Shown here piece by piece: positions 41,902 through 51,339 of a stretch of DNA of 51,339 nt. The stretch is from Patellaria atrata CBS 101060 (lineage: Eukaryota). The notes beneath the pieces are model-generated. The model was not told the DNA's origin, searched no databases, and saw nothing but the letters and a program-made list of their open reading frames with translations. Every line of letters begins with the position of its first letter. Positions within the stretch are counted from its first letter, which is position 1. The stretch lies in the NCBI GenBank assembly GCA_010093705.1, contig MU006105.1:62001-113339 (forward strand), read 5' to 3'. The position numbers were made by a program, and so were the translations under genes.

Positions 41902-42314
41902 CGTGTCTAGGTCTGTTATACGCTTTCCTACTGCGTGGTAGTTATAATGTTATAACGGGAGTCTATACTTATCAAGACAGAACTGGATAAGTCTAGAAAC
42001 GCGCCTGGCTTCTCACTCAACGTGGTCAACCATAAAGGTAGGTTCGGCAAAGTGATAGGATACGTATAACAAAGGCACTTCAAGTTGTCGATACAACTTG
42101 CTGACTCCTTGACTTCAGGTACTGCTCACAATGAGACAAGACGTACTGTATAGAAACAGTGTAACAAGTGAAGTCAAGTTCAAAACCGTAACATCCAAAT
42201 CTATAGGTAAGATTGATGGTAAGAATAACTACGAAGAATCTAAATACATGAGGGAAAGACCGTCCTTAAATATTCCTATCCTCCATAGTCAATTTGGGGT
42301 GCCCACACCCTTTT

Positions 42315-42461
42315 GGACGTGATGGCCGTTCTGGACGTGGATCTCCTTCTACGTCCTTTACGTCCACTGCGTCCATAACCTGGACGTCCTGGACGTGGTG
42401 GACGTGGATCCCCCTTTGCGTCCTTTGCGTCCATTGCGTCCACAGTTTCTAGTCACGTGAC
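42315..42461. promoter_or_regulatory. LTR U3 motif array: 2 x 67-bp unit of 3 GGACG plus 3 inverted CGTCC (9-bp spacing), then palindrome GTCACGTGAC
   Basis: GGACG at 42315, 42324 (GGCCG), 42333, 42382, 42391, 42400. CGTCC at 42352, 42361, 42370, 42419, 42428, 42437. E-box palindrome at 42452-42461. The same array is in the other LTR at ~35597-35743. Confidence 0.75.
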
Positions 42462-42557
42462 CCCTTGTTACTGGTTTCATCCGTGGTTCTCCCGAGTGGT
42501 GTTCCTACTTTCCCCTCACTCGTTGTCTGCATGTTTCTACAACTTGTGGCCGTAACA

Positions 42558-43485
42558 ATATTATAATTAAAATCTTAATAACTTTTTAAGTTAATTATAA
42601 AGTATATCGAATATTATAAAATAGAACTTTTTTAAGCTATTCTAGCCTATTTACTAGAAGGCTTTTATAGAGAAAAATATCCTTAAAAGCTTTAAAAAAA
42701 TAGATATCTCTCTATATAATTCGAGTGAAATACTATAAGAATTAGTAAAGCCGAAGAGGTAACTAGTTAGTTAAATAGGCGGTAGATTAAGCTTAAGTGA
42801 ATTAGCTAAATTAGTGTTATTAGAGAAAGATTGGAAACGTATAGAGAAGAAACTAGAGACCGTTATTTCTAATGTAATACACCCTATCGTCGAAGAGCTA
42901 AAGGCGAAGTTTCAATTCCTCTCTACCTCTAATACTATCCTCCAACAACAGAACTTCGGTTTGATTAAGGCTCTTGAGGGCGAGAAGAAGCGACGTAAAC
43001 GGCAGAAGCCTCTTTTACAACGAGTAATTAGCACAGAGGATGGTGGCGCGGTGTTTTGGAGCCCTCAAAAAATTACCCAAGCGCGCGATTTCCTACGGCA
43101 AAAGGAGGAAGATGAAGCTGCAGAAAAAGCTCGTAAAGTAAATAATAAGCTTCAGCAACAGCTACGTAAAGAGGAGAAAGAAGAACAAGCTAAAGAGCGC
43201 AAGCTTCAACGACAAAAAGATAAGGAGGAGAGGGAGAGGGTAGCTGAGGCAAAAAACGCTCAGCAACAAATTACTGTAGAAGCCAAACAAGCTAAACAAA
43301 AAGCTCAAAAAACACGTAGACCCCCTCAAAAACCGAAGCAGAAGAAGCAGATTGTTATACCACCAGCCATAGAACTCTTAGATAATATTACTGAGGTAGT
43401 AGAGGTAGAAACGGTCAATCCCACGACTGGTCGGCCCCGACGGCAATCACGACTGCCACAGAGATTTCAGAGCCCTGATATATAG
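42558..43485 (+). pseudogene. pogo/Fot1 transposase, C-terminal part (open 42814-43485)
   Basis: Continues the frame broken at 35229 (de-RIP KRNFFKLFWPAYQKAFTEKNILKGFEKTGI). It contains GAVFWSP and a K/E/Q-rich coiled coil typical of fungal pogo transposase tails. Confidence 0.88.
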
Positions 43486-45154
43486 ATAGACGGAAAGTAC
43501 AGCTTCTTATTCACAACATCATGAAATTTAGTATAGATATATCAAATATGGAGCGAGTTGCATCATTTTCAAAATCACTCTATGGGGTGCGATTTTTGGG
43601 GGGCGACTGTGCACGGTCTGAAACCGTGCACGACCTGAACAAGACCCTTACCCGGTGACGAGCTTCACCATATAACAATATGCACGTAAGATTATCAAAG
43701 AGGGGAACCACAACCTATCCCCAGTGGTAGAAGACATGTTCTAGGTATCTCGAAGGACGAATCTCACGACCCGGCAGTTGAAGACTCCCAAAGGTTAGGG
43801 CCATTTTGCGAAACTTCTTTTATTATGGTTGTACATCCTCAGCGTCGTAATTGGGCTTATAATACCTGGAAGCAAGTGGAATGCTCCCAATTGTCTCCCA
43901 TCAACCATCAACTTGAGTCCGTTGACTGGACTAAAGATCCTGGTAATAACGAGGAGGACTTCTCCCAACAATATAGATCGTCTCCTTGGCCTTTTTTTTT
44001 CCCCAGGGTTAGCTAACGAATAAGGCTATAGCAGCACGGGAGTTGGTAATTACAAGGTTCAATCTCGCTAAACACTTATATTCCCCTTTCAAATCTCATA
44101 TTTTCAGATACACATGTCTCATGAACTTTGGAAGTTATATTAGTGGTTCTCCCTATTCGGAGTTTTCAATAACTGTCCTACTTACCATAAAGGGTAAGAG
44201 ACGGGAAAATTTGAGGGTAGTATGAGCACTACACCGAGGAAATAGATTTAGGATCAAGCCATATTCTTCTACGTCTTGCAGCTACCATATGACGGTGTCC
44301 AACGAATCGAATGGGCCTACATCTACCTTGCATAATTTCAAAATATGGAGGTTCAGTGACTGTAGAACAAAGAACGGAAGAACTTCAAGAAGTGAGTAAG
44401 TGGAAGACCTCCCCGGGTTGGCTTGCATGATCGGCATAGCTAAGTGTTCCCAGTACTTACAAAAGGAGGCATCTGTCTCTCATGATTCTTGATCTGTAAA
44501 CAAGGTATTCCCAGTCGAAACCTTAGTTCATTCTGACCGGTTGGAGATGAATTCGGCTCGGCCCATCCGAAACCGCGTGCAGCAGTACAGTGGAAAGCAG
44601 AGCGCCGGATGCGTCAGTTAAATGCATCGAAAACTGCATAGATACGTGTTAGGACATGTGATCACTAGGTTATCGGATATATGTCTCCCAAAGATGTATT
44701 AATAATCTAAACCTGACCCCATTGCGATGGTCTTGCGGTAACAGCGGATAGGACGAAGTTAGACAAGGGACAATCACAGGATAGATAAGAGTACCATCCC
44801 TTTTTCATATTTTACTCAGCATCGCCTGATTGGTACGGGGCATGCAAATATATGGTGCAGTATGGTAAATATATGCGGATCTTCGTTAAGCTGTAAAACG
44901 ACTGAAGGGATTTCCCTTGATACTCAGGGTTATACCCTTTCTTAACCTTTTCGAGGACTAAGTGTACAAGGCCTATACTCCTCGCCCGAGGTCTCCTTAA
45001 AGTAATCTCATATCTAGAGTGGATTATTATATAAGTTGAATGAACTCGTCGTTTTCTGCTTCAGTTGAGTGCTTTTCTCCTGATAATTTCTCCGCCTATT
45101 ATAATACTATATCTTTGAACCAAATTGTTAAGCTCTCTGACGGGCATATCATCC

Positions 45155-46927
45155 ATGACAATAGTGATGGATATATCTAGTGATATTTCTTTCATTCAGT
45201 CGCTCTCTTTTAAAGTTATTTTTACTGTAGTCGTTGCTACCTATAGTGTTTATCTGATTGGTCTTGGAATATATCGCGTCTATTTCGATTCTTTGTCCCA
45301 TTTTCCTGGCCCTAAACTCGCCGCATTCACCACATGGTATCAAGCGTATTACGATATATACTATGTTGGACAGTGGTTTAGGAAACTGGATAAACTTCAC
45401 GATCAGTATGGACCTATTATTCGTATTAATCCGCATGAGCTGCACATTTCGGATCCCAACTTTATTGATATTCTTTTTACGGGCTCAACGCAGAAACGAG
45501 ACAAGTATAAATGGTTCGGGCGATCAATTCTCTTACCAGACTCTGTTGGTGCAACTATACCTCATGATCTTCATCGGAAGCGGCGAGCGGCAATTAATCC
45601 CTTTTTCTCGAAGGGCAGAGTAGGCCACCTAGAACCTACAATCCAAGGTATCATAAGCACTCTTCTCCAACGGATGAGTGAGTATGGTGCTAATGAAGGT
45701 GTGATGCGTATGAGCCTGGCCTATAGAGCAACAACATGTGATGTGATCACTGGTTACTCATTTGGAAAGTCTACGAACTATCTAAAGCAACAGGATTTCA
45801 ATATAGCATTTTTCAGCGCTGTTGATGCTATGTTTGCATTAGCATGGCCATTAACATATATATGGTGGCTAGGCCCACTGCTAAATAGCACTCCTCCCTT
45901 AATAATGGGATATGTGAACCCTGGTTTTAAGTCCCTCCGGGGGATGCAGGTAGTAAGTGGATGACCGTCCAGGAAAAAAAGCAGTGTAACTGACAACTTC
46001 AGGAATGGATAAAACAGATTGAGGATATCAGAACATCACCGGATCTAAAATCGAACAATTCAACTATTTTTCATGGTGTGCTTAATAGTAAGTTACCACC
46101 GGAGGAGAAGTCGCCAAGTCGTCTATATCAGGATGCACAGCAGCTCGTTTTCGCGGGACAAGATACAACAGGTATGCAATACATGATCAGTTCATTTAAT
46201 TTACCCTTTCTCATTCTTATAGCATACACCTTATCTGCCATCACATTCGAGCTTCTAGCATACCCAGACAAGCTTGTGAAGCTGAAAGCGGAGCTTGCGG
46301 CCGCCTTTCCAAATCCAGATAATATTTCAGCTGCCGTATGCGAGAATCTTCCATATCTTACTGCTGTTATTCAAGAAGGTATCCGTCTCCACCCTGGCGG
46401 CCTTGTGCGTATGACCCGCGTTGCACCTCATCAAACCATGATATATTCCAACAAGAAGGAAAACCGTGAATGGACTATTAAGCCAGGAACTCCTGTTAGC
46501 ATGACCGCATGGACTGTCCAAATGAATCCTGATATCTTCCCTGCTCCTAAGAAATTTGAACCAGAACGTTGGATTGATAATCCCCACCTAGACAAGTACC
46601 TGATTGCGTTTTCTAAAGGTACTAGAATCTGTGTAGGGTAAGTTTAAGTTAACTATCTATTTTGATGTCTGGTTTTATACCTACTAAAGTTCCTCTAGTT
46701 TCCATCTCGCCTACTTGGAGCTGTACCTCGTCCTAGCGGGAGTTTTTCGCCGCTATGATATGTATGATGGAACGGGTAAGCAGAGTAACCCGACGCTGGA
46801 GCTATATGACACTATTAGAGAACGTGATATCGATCCTGTGGTGGATCATATTATACCGTATCCCGCAGCTGGAAGTCAAGGGTTGAGACTTGTGATAAGA
46901 CATGGATCCCAGGGCGTGGAACACTAG
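45155..46927 (+). CDS. Cytochrome P450, ~536 aa, 4 exons (45155-45952, 46003-46171, 46223-46637, 46699-46927); resembles CYP58/trichodiene-oxygenase-like clan
   Basis: N-terminal TM helix, FPGPKLAA, YGPIIRINPHELH, I-helix AGQDTT, K-helix EGIR, PERW and heme motif FSKGTRICVG. Three GT-AG introns (50, 51, 61 nt) restore one frame. Family assignment is from motif recall only. Confidence 0.93.
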
Positions 46928-47871
46928 TACACACCATGTCGAAACATTCCGAGATGTTAGAATATTGGTCTCAGACTGAAGATGTGAGTAGTAAAGGATA
47001 ATCAAGCATACTTCCTACCGCCTTACGCTAGTTGTTAGCACCATTCCTTTGACACAGCTGCCTGGTAGGCATAAACGCTGTTGCCTACTTGTCCTCATGT
47101 ATTTAAACGCTCGTTAGAACAGTCATTAAACAATCAAGCGATATCTCCCCATCGATTTGTGCATCACAAATCTCACACTTCTTTCTTCTTATCAGACTTG
47201 CGTATCTGCTTGCACTTATGGCAAGCTGCGACGTACTTTTCCACGTAGTCTCGTATTTAATGCCAATACCAGTGCCTAGATACGTGTTCGAACGTATAGT
47301 GTTTGCCTATATGTCCCCCTACTTTTGAGTCGTGATTCAGTCTGAGTATCCTTGCTTTAAGCATATCATCGTTTGGATGCCAGATCTTGCCCTTGTAAAC
47401 GAGCCTGTTATTTTACACTTTATAGTCGGAAAGTTCAATTTTGAACCCAGCTTTCCTTTAGTAGTTTTGTTGAAGTATGGGCCGTGGATATGTCAGCTGT
47501 CAGCCACAGAGTAGTATGGAGCACTAAAAGTCTATCTTCAAAAGTTATCTGTTTTCAGTATCTGTTTTGTCCTCAACCGACTCCACTATCTCAACAGATA
47601 TCTCAACGACTATTAGCTATATTGAGATCTGGATACGTGTTCTCTGTAACTCTTCAGTATAGATAAACGTTCCTTCAGTAGATAGATAGAAATCAAGCGA
47701 TTATCTTGATTATTCAGCACCCTCACGTCTGACATATAACTTACCCCTATTTGCCCAAATTTCGATCAAATATCTCCGTTCTTTCGACCGGTAGATGCTC
47801 GTTTTAGCCACTGCTGCCACGGATCAAGATGTCGTCTTCACAACGAACAACAAACTACACCCAGGTGATAC

Positions 47872-48350
47872 TGTTACGGCCACAGGACAACGGGAACGCA
47901 TCACCAGTGGGGTGGTAGTACCAAGTGTCGGAGCGGAACAACCAGCACGGAAGTCACGTGATGTGATCCCAGGTGATCCCATTGATCTCAGTTTTGAGAA
48001 GTGGGATCAGACGGGAGCAGTGGGAGCAACGAGGCCACGTGATGTGATCCCAGGTGATCCCATTGATCCCAGTTTCGAGAAGTGGGATCAGACGGGAGTA
48101 GTGGGAGCAACACCCAGTTATAGCTAGGAAGAAGGAATACTTAAGGACGCTCCTTTACGCATGTATTTAGATTCTTCGTAGTTATTCTTACCATTGATCT
48201 TACCCATAAGATTGGATGTTACGGTTTTAGACTTAACTCTTACTTGTCACTCTATTTCTATACAGTGTTATCTTGCCTCTCTTGTAAGCTGTGTGATTGA
48301 GTTAAGGAGTCAGTAAGTTGCATCGTTAACTTAAAGTACAAGCCTTATAC
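47872..48350 (+). mobile_element. Truncated LTR of a family-B-related element, not obviously RIP-mutated
   Basis: Starts TGTTACGGCCACA like the family B LTR. 48135-48350 aligns to the reverse complement of 42065-42277 (CATGTATTTAGATTCTTCGTAGTTATTCTTACCAT...). It is cut at the LINE poly(T). Confidence 0.88.
47955..48111 (+). repeat. 2 x 76-bp direct repeat (81-bp period) in the U3 of the LTR
   Basis: Units at 47955-48030 and 48036-48111 differ by three C/T changes. Confidence 0.92.
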
Positions 48351-48356
48351 TGTTTC

Positions 48357-49550
48357 TTTTTTTTTTTTTTTTTAATTCCGTTGTATTGTATTACCTACAA
48401 TACTGCGCATGCAGCCTTTAAGCTATGGCGCAACTCCCTATATACATAAATCCCTTTTCAGGGCCCTCATATGCTTAGTAAAGTCTTTAGTGGCTTAACC
48501 ACTGATATTTTATTTGTAAAGGAAAGTCAAGAAGTTTAAACTCTATACAAAGGAAATTGTTGAAAAACCATCTATTCTTCCTCTTTACCATCTGTTTTTT
48601 ATTCCCAGTTTTATGCCATGCATCCTGTTGTCTTCTGTAGACTCTATACTTCCACTCTATCTGCATCTCCTGCGTGCATCAGCCATCTAGCAGTAGAGAT
48701 TTGAGTTCTTGCTATATATTTAAATACCACCTGTTTGCCTAACTTTGTGCAAAAAAGCTTTGTCATTGTTAGCTTTGATCTCAGTTGTTTCCTCATTTCC
48801 TTACGCTCTTTTGAGTAGTTTGCACAATGTAAGATAAGGTGTGTTGGTGTTTGAAGTGATTGACAGTCTCTGAAGCACTTCCCGTCTTCATCTTTCCCAA
48901 TCACCTTAGAGTAAGACTTAAAGAATCCAATACCAGTCTTGAGTTGAAAATAGGCTGCTTGGATCTTTTTCTGGACATTAGATTTGGGTATACTGAGTGA
49001 GAAACGCACATGATCTCTGCAAATGCGTGTATAATGTTTGCCTTGTCTCTTGCTATTGGCCTCCCAGCTTTGTTTCCAATTAGATAAGATCTTTTCCTTG
49101 CATTTTCGTTTAATATAACTGAGTGATGTGAATGAAGTGCTTATAGGATTGTGGTCCAGTCCTTTCTTAGCCAGTTTATCTGCTATATCATTCCCAAAGA
49201 TGTTCTTATGGCCAGGAACCCAGCTAAAGGTAATTTTCATTTCCCATTCATTAGTGAGAGTATTGCATAGGTCAGTTATCAGCACACTTAGTTCTTGTCC
49301 TCCATCAAGGCTGTTCTTTTGTAGCCTCTTAAGTGCCGCTTGGCTGTCCACAAAAACCCACAGGTTTTTGGCAATGGATTGTCCTTTCTCACATTGGGTC
49401 TTTTCTCTTTCAAGTGCTTTAACGATCGCAAATAGCTCTGCATCCATAATCTCAATGCTATCTCCTAAGTTCCAGTTGCTGGCAAACAAAATGCGCTGAT
49501 TGTTTCCTATCTGGCATGCCCCTGCAGCATTTCTGTTGCCTTCTTTACTG
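48357..49550 (-). mobile_element. 5'-truncated non-LTR retrotransposon (Tad-like LINE): RNase H, CCHC, 3' UTR and poly(A)
   Basis: T17 at 48357-48373 is the poly(A) tail; a ~270-nt 3' UTR and the ORF2 C-terminus follow. Confidence 0.88.
48644..49549 (-). pseudogene. LINE ORF2 C-terminal fragment (RNase H plus zinc knuckle)
   Basis: DAELFAI, FVDSQAAL, WVPGHKNIFGNDIADKLAK and C-x3-C-x7-H-x4-C (CFRDCQSLQTPTHLILHC). Breaks just inside the first catalytic DGS motif. Confidence 0.88.
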
Positions 49551-49743
49551 TGACTTTCGAAACATCGTGAACTCTTGGCTACACCACATCATCGCACACA
49601 ACACCCCGCCAGAATCATCGCATTTTTATGTTTCTTGATGTAGCTTTACAACCAAATAACTGTTGAAGCTGAATATTATATCTATTTAAAGCCCTGAATA
49701 AACGTTATCTCGTGAACCATTCAGATTCTCTGTTGTTACAGAA

Positions 49744-51312
49744 ATGACCCCTCGCTCATCGACTAGAGTATCAAAACAGAGCGCTCGCGCCATTGAAGCT
49801 GATGAGTCTTCGTCATTAACGAGAAAGCGTGCTACATCAGGCTCAAATAGTACTTCAAATGCACCTACAAAGAAGAATAAGAAGTCAGCCTCTAAAGGGT
49901 CCAAAAAGGCGAGCTTAAAAGCGTCAAAAGATACTGAAAATCCGGAGGCTACTAACCAGGCTGCTGCCGACGCGTTGCTCGGCCTTTCTACCCAGCAATC
50001 TGTCGTAGAGGAAGACCAACTCTCATTCTCAAGTGGACGAGATGAAGTTGATGATGATGCTGTACTTTTAACTCAACAGCCTGAGTCTCAGCCTAAGCCT
50101 GAGCCTGAGCCTGAAGCTGTCAAGTTTACGTTCAGTTATAAGGCCGTAAACGGAAAGGAAAAACTCCCGGGTTCCTTTACTGCTGTTCGAGATACAGAGA
50201 CATTTTTTATTATGGAGTTAGAGCGATTACAAAGGCGAGTAGTTGAAAAGACCTACCCACGAGAATGGCTTGTTCTCAAGCTTGAGGCGACAGCTAGCTA
50301 CGAGAAGATGAGAGCGTCTGATACTCAAACTTCTGAAGTTGAAAGCGGCCCTGATCTGGAGGAACTGATGGGTTTGATAAGACTATGGCGATCCAACTGG
50401 CCAAACCGTGCCTTGACGCTTGATTTCGTCTTACACGTTGAGGAGATTGAAGATAGTAGGTCAGATTCTGAGCCTGAGCCTGAGCCCCAGCAGCAATCTG
50501 GCCGTAGTAAAACACTGCGGAAGTCAGCGACTCAGCAACAGTTAGCTAGCACCGCAGAGAAGCTGGCTGCCGAAGAGGCAGCTGGCAATTTTGTTCACGT
50601 TATAACGGACCGCTGGATTTGCGAAAACTCCCATTGCAAGAACAAAGGACATGTCTGTTGGCAAAATAAGCAATCTATAACTGCTGCTGACATTGTCGTC
50701 AACCACTATCCGTGTAGTGCAGAGATACTAAGGCGCTGGAATAGTGAGATAAAGAAAGGTTTTGCATCAGTCGAGGTGCCGTCGCAGAATATCATAGTTC
50801 AGATGGTTACTTGGAAAGAAGCCCTTGGTCGGAAACGTCAACAAATTGAGGCTTCAGTAACGCCTACAGTAGCTTCCCAGGCGTCCGTTGATTCGGGAGC
50901 CTCTAGTCAGATCAACCAGCTACTACAGGTGTTGTTAGTATCTCAAATCCGACAGATGGCACCACCTGAAGCACCACCTCCAGCACCTCTCTTCCCTCCC
51001 CAAAAGACCCAATTGTCCCACGCCCCTCCTCCCAATTCGAGCCCTATAAGTTCAGACACAGATCCAGTTAAGTTGCTCGCAGAGTTCTTTGAGTGGTTGA
51101 AGCTACAACCTGGTTTTAATACACAGCAGCAGGTGAATATATTAGAAGAGACGAAGGTTAAGATGGTGGAAGAGCAGTGGAGCTTAGATTCGTTAAAACC
51201 GAGGAAGCCAGATGAGGGAATCTCACAAATAACTTGGGAGGAATATGGTTTTAAAATAGGGTTACTTGTGCGAATAAGAGCGAAGATATCTGACTTTAAG
51301 CGCTTAAGATAA
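49744..51312 (+). CDS. Intronless 522-aa hypothetical protein with a Cys/His cluster and helical C-terminal domain
   Basis: Uninterrupted ATG-to-TAA ORF of 1569 nt. Basic disordered N-terminus, WICENSHCKNKGHVCW...HYP, Pro-rich linker and a compact C-terminal domain. Confidence 0.8.
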   Translation: MTPRSSTRVSKQSARAIEADESSSLTRKRATSGSNSTSNAPTKKNKKSASKGSKKASLKASKDTENPEATNQAAADALLGLSTQQSVVEEDQLSFSSGRDEVDDDAVLLTQQPESQPKPEPEPEAVKFTFSYKAVNGKEKLPGSFTAVRDTETFFIMELERLQRRVVEKTYPREWLVLKLEATASYEKMRASDTQTSEVESGPDLEELMGLIRLWRSNWPNRALTLDFVLHVEEIEDSRSDSEPEPEPQQQSGRSKTLRKSATQQQLASTAEKLAAEEAAGNFVHVITDRWICENSHCKNKGHVCWQNKQSITAADIVVNHYPCSAEILRRWNSEIKKGFASVEVPSQNIIVQMVTWKEALGRKRQQIEASVTPTVASQASVDSGASSQINQLLQVLLVSQIRQMAPPEAPPPAPLFPPQKTQLSHAPPPNSSPISSDTDPVKLLAEFFEWLKLQPGFNTQQQVNILEETKVKMVEEQWSLDSLKPRKPDEGISQITWEEYGFKIGLLVRIRAKISDFKRLR

Positions 51313-51339
51313 TAGATAGATACTCTCTTTACTCTTCTA

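Larger units (their letters stand above)
35230..42557 (-). mobile_element. Ty3/Gypsy chromovirus family B copy 2, full length, partially RIP-mutated
   Basis: LTRs at 41948-42557 (TGTTA...TAACA, 610 bp) and 35230 to at least 35751 (runs into gap 35752-35851). TSD ATATT. Order is gag, protease, RT, RNase H, integrase, chromodomain. Confidence 0.96.
34145..43648 (+). mobile_element. pogo/Fot1-type Tc1-mariner DNA transposon (~2.2 kb), split by family B copy 2
   Basis: ~48-bp TIRs: left AGGGTTTTATTTAGATTATATATAG... is the RIP version of the reverse complement of right ...CCGTGCACGACCTGAACAAGACCCT. TA duplications at 34143-34144 and 43649-43650. Confidence 0.92.

Noticed and set aside
39176..42322. 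Short ORFs at 39176, 39714, 39822, 39931, 40719, 41343, 41431 and 42131
   Set aside because: Alternate-frame or antisense shadows of gag, pol or the LTR, with no recognisable motifs.
42814..43485. 223-aa ORF as an independent coiled-coil gene
   Set aside because: It starts at GTG, continues the interrupted transposase frame and lies inside the pogo TIRs.
43825..44400. Short ORFs and a possible exon-like segment upstream of the P450
   Set aside because: No recognisable domain and no consistent splice model; a decayed gene cannot be excluded.
45149..47666. Small ORFs overlapping or just downstream of the P450
   Set aside because: Shadows of the P450 exons or ~60-aa chance ORFs, mostly with non-ATG starts.
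47795..48127. 110-aa ORF with a duplicated 27-aa unit (RDVIPGDPIDxSFEKWDQTGxVGAT) next to a P450, suggestive of a RiPP precursor
   Set aside because: From 47872 onward it lies inside a family-B-related LTR, and the repeat is the U3 duplication also seen in the other LTRs. There is no signal peptide, no KR sites bounding the units, and no DUF3328-type gene in view.
48348..49551. TACTGT at both ends of the LINE as a TSD
   Set aside because: Only 6 nt, it overlaps LINE coding sequence on the right, and the LTR does not resume after it.

Overview
Filamentous-ascomycete DNA spanning the edge of an AT-rich, RIP-mutated transposon block. About 1-35,200 is nearly C/G-free and resolves into nested copies of two Ty3/Gypsy chromovirus families (A: 272-bp LTRs; B: 548-610-bp LTRs), a RIP-destroyed NACHT-WD40 (HET-E/NWD-like NLR) gene at ~13,549-15,916, and the left half of a pogo/Fot1-type transposon. 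A much less mutated family B element (35,230-42,557) sits inside that transposon. To the right lie an intact 4-exon cytochrome P450, a truncated family-B-related LTR, a LINE 3' fragment and a 522-aa intronless ORF of unknown function. Main candidate new system: family B carries an antisense ORF between pol and the 3' LTR, encoding a Zn(II)2Cys6 + coiled-coil + acidic-tail protein. This ORF stays in frame in two divergent copies. The LTR U3 carries a direct-plus-inverted motif array whose motif differs between subfamilies, suggesting an element-encoded regulator with cognate LTR sites. Family B Gag also has an unusual C-terminal array of seven putative zinc-binding motifs. All alignments, translations and de-RIP reconstructions were done by eye; no searches were run.
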